From Candidatus Zixiibacteriota bacterium (GTDB lineage: Bacteria > Zixibacteria > MSB-5A5 > GN15 > FEB-12), in contig JBGSIV010000271.1 in the NCBI GenBank assembly GCA_041742355.1, positions 1 to 12,063 of the forward strand: a stretch of DNA of 12,063 bases. The letters are read 5' to 3'. The notes below the pieces were generated by a model. That model was not told where the DNA came from, made no database searches, and saw nothing but the letters and a program-made list of their open reading frames with translations. Both the position numbers and the translations under genes were made by a program. Shown piece after piece: positions 7,991-12,063 of the stretch. How positions within the stretch are numbered: position 1 is the stretch's first letter; each line of letters opens with the position of its first letter.

Positions 7991-8866
7991 CTAACGAGTC
8001 CGGCTGCCGATCGGCGCGATCCCGATCACATTCGGCACCGGCCACGCCCGGAAGTTGCCGTCGGACGGGTGGAACCCCGACTCGAAACTCCCGACCATCT
8101 CCAGTTCCATCTCTCCCGCCTCCAGGAAGAGTTGGGCCTCCGGCCCTCCTTCAAGATGCTGGGCGCACACCAGGTCGATCGGCAGTGACAACAGCAGCCG
8201 GTTGAAGTCGTGCATCGACAGCGGCGCCCGGCAGAAGATCCACAACATCCGCCCCGCTTCATCCTCGCCCAGCGCGACCTCGCTCCACATCTTCTCCTGC
8301 TTCGACCACCGGTTCTCCCCCGGCCGCTTGATCAGCCGAAGGTTCTGCACCAGCGACCGATAGCCGTCCTTGATTACATCGACCGAGACATTCTCCAGGT
8401 CGAAAATCCTGAATGGGGGGGAGTCGCTCCGGACCGGGTCAAACGCCGCCACCGACATGTAGTCGTTCACCTTGCCGCTGTTGACATGATCCCCCGAGCG
8501 CATATACCCCACGTGCGTCCGGTAATCTTCGTGGAACATCCCCGCGTTGACCGCCCCGATCAGCTCGTGTTTCCCGCACCACTCCCGTGCGGTCAACCCC
8601 TCCCGCTCTTCTGTATTGGACACCCCGATCATCCGAAGCTCGTACTTCGTCGGATCAATCCGCACCACCACCAGCATGGTATCCGCCGAGATCCGCCTTC
8701 CCGGTACGGGAAACTCAGCCATCTCGATGCCATCGGCCACCCGTGTGAAGGCGTGTTATCCGGCGTCGGCCCCCGCACCGATCACGCAGAGCACGCCGAT
8801 CAGGATAACGGCGATCCGGACATACCGTCTTCCGCTGACTGTGAATAATCCCCAACCCACCTGCAT
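7991..8866 (-). pseudogene. Secreted phosphodiester glycosidase (NAGPA/DUF2233)-like gene interrupted by an in-frame TAA at 8758-8756
   Basis: ATG 8866 lies 5 nt after the upstream gene's stop with AAGGTG before it. It reads MQVGWGLFTVSGRRYVRIAVILIGVLCVIGAGADAG*HAFTRVADGIEMAEF..., in frame with the 249-aa ORF from 8740. Family-like motifs: VVRIDP, AVNAGMF, ALGEDEAG, HLEGGPEAQL, VPNVIGI. Could be a sequencing error. Confidence 0.7.
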
Positions 8867-8871
8867 GCACC

Positions 8872-9999
8872 TTACTGCTGGTCCGGCACCGCCGCTGCCT
8901 GCGCCACCGTCTGCGCCTCGTCAAAGAACAGAGGCTTCTCTGCGGCTATCTTATATTCATCCTTGAAATATCGCATCAGCACATACCCCCGCGCCTGCGT
9001 TGTCGCCACCACCGCCAAAAAGTATCCGATGATCGACGCGAACACGATAAACAGCATCGCGCCCATGACGTAGCTCGCCGGGTTATCGTCGCGCATCACC
9101 CACGGCCACACCGCCACGCCCCAGTCCACGCCCGGCCACAACTGCATCGTCTGCTCGACCACCTCGGTCTGCACGGGCAGGTGCGACAACCCCTCCCGGA
9201 CCAGATCCCGCGCTTCTTCCCCGGCCGTGATGGAAACCGCCCACGCCGAGAACTGCACCGCCCGGTAGCAGGCGTAGGCATATACCCAGCTGGCCGCTTT
9301 CGCCGCCACCAACCCGTAGGCCGTGTACACCAGCCATCGCACCGGCTGACGGATCACGGTCGAAAAGGTCTCGAGAATCGCCGTGAAGGTTTCCCCCCGA
9401 CGGTCGGCAGCAGCCGCCGCCGGCAGCAGCACTACGGCCACCTGGAACACGGCGAAGATGAACACCGTGAACAGCGCGACAATAAAGACCGGCAGCACAA
9501 AGGTCAGCGCATAGATCCACTCCCCGACAACCGGAATACGCACGATCAGGCCGAGGAGAAGATACAGAGCGAAGAGAAAAACGAGGAATATTCCGATCGC
9601 CAACTGCCCCAACGCGACCTGCGGCAGGCGCCGGAAAGCGAACTTGATCGCCCCCCGCATCGGCAGGAACCGATTCCCCCGGATCTGCTCGATCTCGATC
9701 GCACTTACCGCGAAGAACCCGAGCATGAGCCCTATCAACGCGATTACCACACCCACTCCGTATACGGCCTGAGCCGCCGGAGCCGAAACCGGCAGCCAGA
9801 CCACCGGCAGCAACCCGAAGACACTCCAGAACGCCCCGATCGAATCCCCCTCGATCGCCACCGCGAGATACGTGAACAGGTCGTATATGCCGAGGCTCAG
9901 GAGGAGGAACAGCGTCATCACGAAGATGCGCTTGGCCGACAGCGCCCGTGCCGGGGCAATGAGAATATCGCGGATATCGTAGTGCAACGGCCGATCCAT
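8872..9999 (-). CDS. Polytopic membrane hypothetical protein (375 aa)
   Basis: About 6-7 long hydrophobic segments separated by basic loops; codon usage like neighbouring genes; no recognised catalytic motif. Confidence 0.85.
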   Translation of the reverse strand: MDRPLHYDIRDILIAPARALSAKRIFVMTLFLLLSLGIYDLFTYLAVAIEGDSIGAFWSVFGLLPVVWLPVSAPAAQAVYGVGVVIALIGLMLGFFAVSAIEIEQIRGNRFLPMRGAIKFAFRRLPQVALGQLAIGIFLVFLFALYLLLGLIVRIPVVGEWIYALTFVLPVFIVALFTVFIFAVFQVAVVLLPAAAAADRRGETFTAILETFSTVIRQPVRWLVYTAYGLVAAKAASWVYAYACYRAVQFSAWAVSITAGEEARDLVREGLSHLPVQTEVVEQTMQLWPGVDWGVAVWPWVMRDDNPASYVMGAMLFIVFASIIGYFLAVVATTQARGYVLMRYFKDEYKIAAEKPLFFDEAQTVAQAAAVPDQQ

Positions 10000-10005
10000 G
10001 CCCGA

Positions 10006-10034
10006 ATGGTGCCTGTTGCGACGGATCGTGTCAA
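10006..10034 (-). promoter_or_regulatory. Putative sigma70 promoter immediately upstream of ATG 9999 (leaderless)
   Basis: Perfect TTGACA (10034-10029), 17-nt spacer, CACCAT (10011-10006), then 6 nt to the ATG. No SD sequence. Confidence 0.5.
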
Positions 10035-10131
10035 GCTAAATAGTCTCCGCGTCGTGCAGGTCGGGTTCCGAGATGCGATCGCGTGGAGAAGCTCGATTGA
10101 TCCGCGGCCGATGTGGACATCGGCCGCGCAC

Positions 10132-10191
10132 TTCCGCAGGGTCACACGCTCTCCCTCGCTCCGCTCGGGGTCGCGCAAGACCCTGCGGAAC
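10132..10191. repeat. 12-bp inverted repeat enclosing a second REP-like motif
   Basis: TTCCGCAGGGTC (10132-10143) and GACCCTGCGGAA (10179-10190). The loop contains CCCTCGCTCCGCTCGGGGTC. Confidence 0.8.
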
Positions 10192-10240
10192 GGGGACGAG
10201 GGGATTGGGTTCGTTTGCGCAAGTGAGGCTTGGCGTCAAT

Positions 10241-10282
10241 GTCGGGTTTCTCGGGGCTTGCGCCCCTCGGAACACCGACTAC
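10241..10282. repeat. Imperfect REP-like hairpin ending in CTAC
   Basis: GTCGG-GTTTC-TC-GGGGC-TTGC-GCCCC-TC-GGAAC-A-CCGAC-TAC; the reverse complement starts with GTAG. Confidence 0.65.
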
Positions 10283-10342
10283 TTCCGATGTCCCGACGTA
10301 CCAATTGGGTTCATTTGTGCAAATGCCCTGTTCCAGACTCTC

Positions 10343-10753
10343 CCGTTGTCAGGCTGCAAGCAGCCTGACCAACATCGCGAGATCGGGGTTGTTGGCGCGG
10401 TTTCGGCAGATGAGGACATCTGCCGTTCACGTACTGGGTTCGTTTGAGCAATTCCGTCATGCTTCGACTCCGCTCATGCTTCGACTCCGCTCAGCATGAC
10501 GGATAGGAGGCTCAGCATGACGATCCAGAGGTTCCGCGATGGTTGGAAGGCTCAGCTTGACGGTCCAGAGTCTCAGCCTGACGGTCCGGAGTCACCCCGA
10601 GCTTGGACGGGAGACTAAGCCGAGTCGTGTATCCAAGCCTGGTCGTCACCCTGAGCGGAGTCGAAGGGGGACGTAGGGATTGGGTTCGTTTTTGCGTTCT
10701 CTCAGTTTTCATTCTGTCGATACCGTTGTCAGGCTCCAAGGAGCCTGACCTAC
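10343..10753. repeat. REP-like hairpin family D, two 31-nt copies 380 nt apart
   Basis: CCGTTGTCAGGCTGC-AA-GCAGCCTGACCAAC (10343-10373) and CCGTTGTCAGGCTCC-AA-GGAGCCTGACCTAC (10723-10753), with a compensatory G-C/C-G swap. Confidence 0.85.
10453..10668. repeat. GTCA-CCCTGAGCGGAGTCGAAG-type repeat cluster with internal tandem repeats
   Basis: 17-nt tandem TCATGCTTCGACTCCGC x2 (10457-10490) inside the 11-bp IR 10453-10463/10493-10503. Four 21-nt units starting CTCAGC(A/T/C)TGACG at 10490, 10511, 10551 and 10572. 23-nt IR 10479-10501 vs 10644-10666 (21/23). Confidence 0.85.
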
Positions 10754-10772
10754 GTCCCCGATCGACTGAGCT

Positions 10773-10800
10773 GCACGACCGCTGAAGGGTCGTGCCCTGC
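10773..10800. repeat. REP-like hairpin
   Basis: GCACGACC-GCTGAAG-GGTCGTGC (8-bp stem) followed by CCTGC. Confidence 0.6.
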
Positions 10801-10802
10801 GT

Positions 10803-10882
10803 CTGCCCGCAGCAGAGCTGCGGGTTACCAAGTTAGGCAGGAATGTCATTCCAAGCTGCCCGCAGCAGAGCTGCGGGTTACC
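10803..10882. repeat. Two identical 27-nt palindromic repeats separated by 26 nt
   Basis: CTGCCCGCAGCAGAGCTGCGGGTTACC at 10803-10829 and 10856-10882; stem CCCGCAGC-AGA-GCTGCGGG. Confidence 0.9.
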
Positions 10883-10941
10883 CGTTCCGAAACACTCTGT
10901 TCTATACCAGCCTGTTCGATTACACTCTGTCTTATACTTAC
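10882..10941. repeat. Degenerate 15/30-nt tandem repeat
   Basis: CCGTTCCGAAACACT/CTGTTCTATACCAGC/CTGTTCGATTACACT/CTGTCTTATACTTAC; ACACTCTGT recurs at 10892 and 10922. Confidence 0.6.
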
Positions 10942-11362
10942 CGGGACGTCGGGACAATCTCCATCGGAAGTTCAGTGAAAGTGCGCAGAATCGAGGGCGG
11001 TTTACTATTGTGCGAGGGAGTGAATACGGTGCGGGATGAGGACTTAACTTTTGCGGCGCCAAATGACGTGTTTTTCGAAGGTCGGAAATAGCCGGCAGAT
11101 GGGGAGGCTTTAGTTGGCAGGACTTCTTCGGCAGGGACGGCTCCGATCCTGACGTTGGACCGGGGACTATAGCGGCAAATCAGACTGAGGACACCGGTGA
11201 AAAATCAGACAAGGACAGCAATCTCAGTTCAGACCGACGACGCTGGTGGTTATCAATCGGTCGGGCAACGTGACTGACAGTGTGCTTAGTGGGGCAAACC
11301 CCTCGAGCCGTCAGCTGGCGCGAGCCACCCTCACCCCGTACCGTGTAGTGAGACTCCCCCTC

Positions 11363-11995
11363 CTACTTCACCACCCTCGGACGGTCCGGCAGCTCGTTCA
11401 CATCGTCATCCAACCGAGGGAAGTGCTTCCCCATCTCCGCCCCGATCACTGCGACCGCCTCGATTATCCCCTCCGAGTGCTTTCCGTCCCGGATCGCATC
11501 CACAATCCGAGCATGCACCTCTTCCCAATACTCCGGCGCCACCTTCGACGCAATTCCCGTGTCCGCGACGACGGCCGCCTGGCGTTCCTCCAGCGACACA
11601 AGAATCATCACGCCCGTCCGCTGCTTAACCGATGTGATCCGATGCAACAGCCCCTGTGCCTGCGCAAGCACCGCCCGGCGACGGCGCTCCTTTCGCGCCA
11701 GAAACGCCCCCCACCCGAAAAACGCCGCGACAAATCCGATTCCCGCCCAGAGCAGCGCATTCGTCGTCTTATAGTACGTGACCCATCCGGTCTCCCGCGT
11801 CAAAAGCAGCGCGACGAGAAAACAGAACAGCGTGAACACGAGCGCGTGCGTGAGGCGTTCCGCCATCCAGCTACGCGACCGCGAGGCCAGCTCGACCGCG
11901 ATTTCGCCGGAGGTGCCGCTTTCGGCTTTCTTGACCGCCGCTTCGATAGCGTCGAAATCCGCCTGCGAGAAATATCTGTCAACGAGTGATGCCAT
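11363..11995 (-). CDS. TPM-domain (DUF477-type) membrane protein with two transmembrane helices
   Basis: Preferred start is ATG 11995 after AAAGGGA. Motifs IEAAVKKAESGTSGEIAV, two TM segments, TGVMILVSLEERQAAVVADTGI and HFPRLDDDVNELPD are typical of the second TPM gene in LemA-TPM-TPM clusters. Confidence 0.88.
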   Translation of the reverse strand: MASLVDRYFSQADFDAIEAAVKKAESGTSGEIAVELASRSRSWMAERLTHALVFTLFCFLVALLLTRETGWVTYYKTTNALLWAGIGFVAAFFGWGAFLARKERRRRAVLAQAQGLLHRITSVKQRTGVMILVSLEERQAAVVADTGIASKVAPEYWEEVHARIVDAIRDGKHSEGIIEAVAVIGAEMGKHFPRLDDDVNELPDRPRVVK

Positions 11996-12009
11996 AATCC
12001 CTTTCGCTC

Positions 12010-12063
12010 CTACCATCCGCCGCTGGCGCCGCCGCCACCCGACCGTCCGCCGCCAAATCCGCC
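12010..12063 (-). CDS. 3' end of a Gly-rich-tailed TPM/YgcG-family protein (partial)
   Basis: Manual translation ...GGFGGGRSGGGGASGGW* with TAG at 12012-12010, the characteristic C-terminus of YgcG-like TPM proteins, directly upstream of the second TPM gene. Confidence 0.85.
   Translation of the reverse strand, partial: GGFGGGRSGGGGASGGW

Larger units (their letters stand above)
10103..10430. repeat. REP-like hairpin family A, two copies
   Basis: CGCGGCCGATG-TGGA-CATCGGCCGCG-CAC (10103-10131) and CGGCAGATG-AGGA-CATCTGCCG-TTCAC (10404-10430). A C-G versus A-T difference in the stem keeps pairing. Confidence 0.8.
10192..10691 (+). repeat. Four dispersed direct copies of the (A)TTGGGTTCGTTT motif
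   Basis: 10204-10222 ATTGGGTTCGTTTGCGCAA; 10304-10322 ATTGGGTTCATTTGTGCAA; 10433-10451 ACTGGGTTCGTTTGAGCAA; 10679-10691 ATTGGGTTCGTTT. Copies 1 and 4 match at 23/25 over 10192-10216 vs 10667-10691. Confidence 0.85.

Noticed and set aside
8756..8758. Genome-wide TAA reassignment, or Sec/Pyl readthrough
   Set aside because: TAA terminates other genes here (263-265, 887-889, 8872-8874), and Sec and Pyl use TGA and TAG, not TAA.
9181..10499. 395-aa plus-strand ORF 9181-10368 and short ORFs over 9918-10499
   Set aside because: These are an antisense shadow of the membrane protein gene and read-through of GC-rich hairpins. They are Arg/Pro-rich with no recognisable domain, and none resembles a transposase.
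10512..10785. ORFs 10512-10739 (-) and 10603-10785 (+), including the DRQAE peptide repeat
   Set aside because: They are translations of the DNA repeats (VTLSGVEG, PSTPLRVT and the 21-nt units), with no independent coding evidence.
10803..10882. CRISPR array
   Set aside because: Only two repeats and one 26-nt spacer, no cas genes or evident leader, and it sits among other REP-like hairpins. Kept only as a repeat.
11285..11340. c-di-GMP-I riboswitch suggested by GGGCAAACC
   Set aside because: It lacks the following GNRA-capped stem and the GACGCAAAGC segment, and no plus-strand gene lies downstream. It is explained by the hairpins GGGG-CAAA-CCCC and CTCGAGCC..GGCGCGAG.
10000..11362. tRNA, tmRNA, RNase P, SRP or group II intron in the long gap
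   Set aside because: No cloverleaf with D and T loops, RNase P P4 consensus, SRP loop motif or domain V/VI could be recognised by eye. GGTTCG occurs only within the repeated motif. An Rfam scan is still advisable.

Overview
GC-rich bacterial chromosomal window with mostly minus-strand genes. It holds panD and panC separated by a Nudix hydrolase and a plus-strand block (DinB/YfiT-like protein, PAS-HisKA_3 kinase-like protein, stand-alone receiver). It also encodes a GlmU-like protein reduced to its nucleotidyltransferase domain, an NmrA-family protein, a small beta-carbonic-anhydrase-like protein, a phosphodiester-glycosidase-like gene interrupted by an in-frame TAA after its signal peptide, a polytopic membrane protein and a TPM-domain gene pair. 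The most unusual stretch is the ~1.36 kb gap at 10000-11362. It is a dense mosaic of several different REP-like hairpin families, some showing compensatory base changes, interleaved with four copies of a TTGGGTTCGTTT motif and several short tandem repeats, with no transposase or cas gene in the window. Also notable are the degenerate ATP-binding boxes of the histidine kinase (candidate pseudokinase or phosphatase) and two apparently leaderless genes. All calls come from reading the sequence by eye; no database searches were run.
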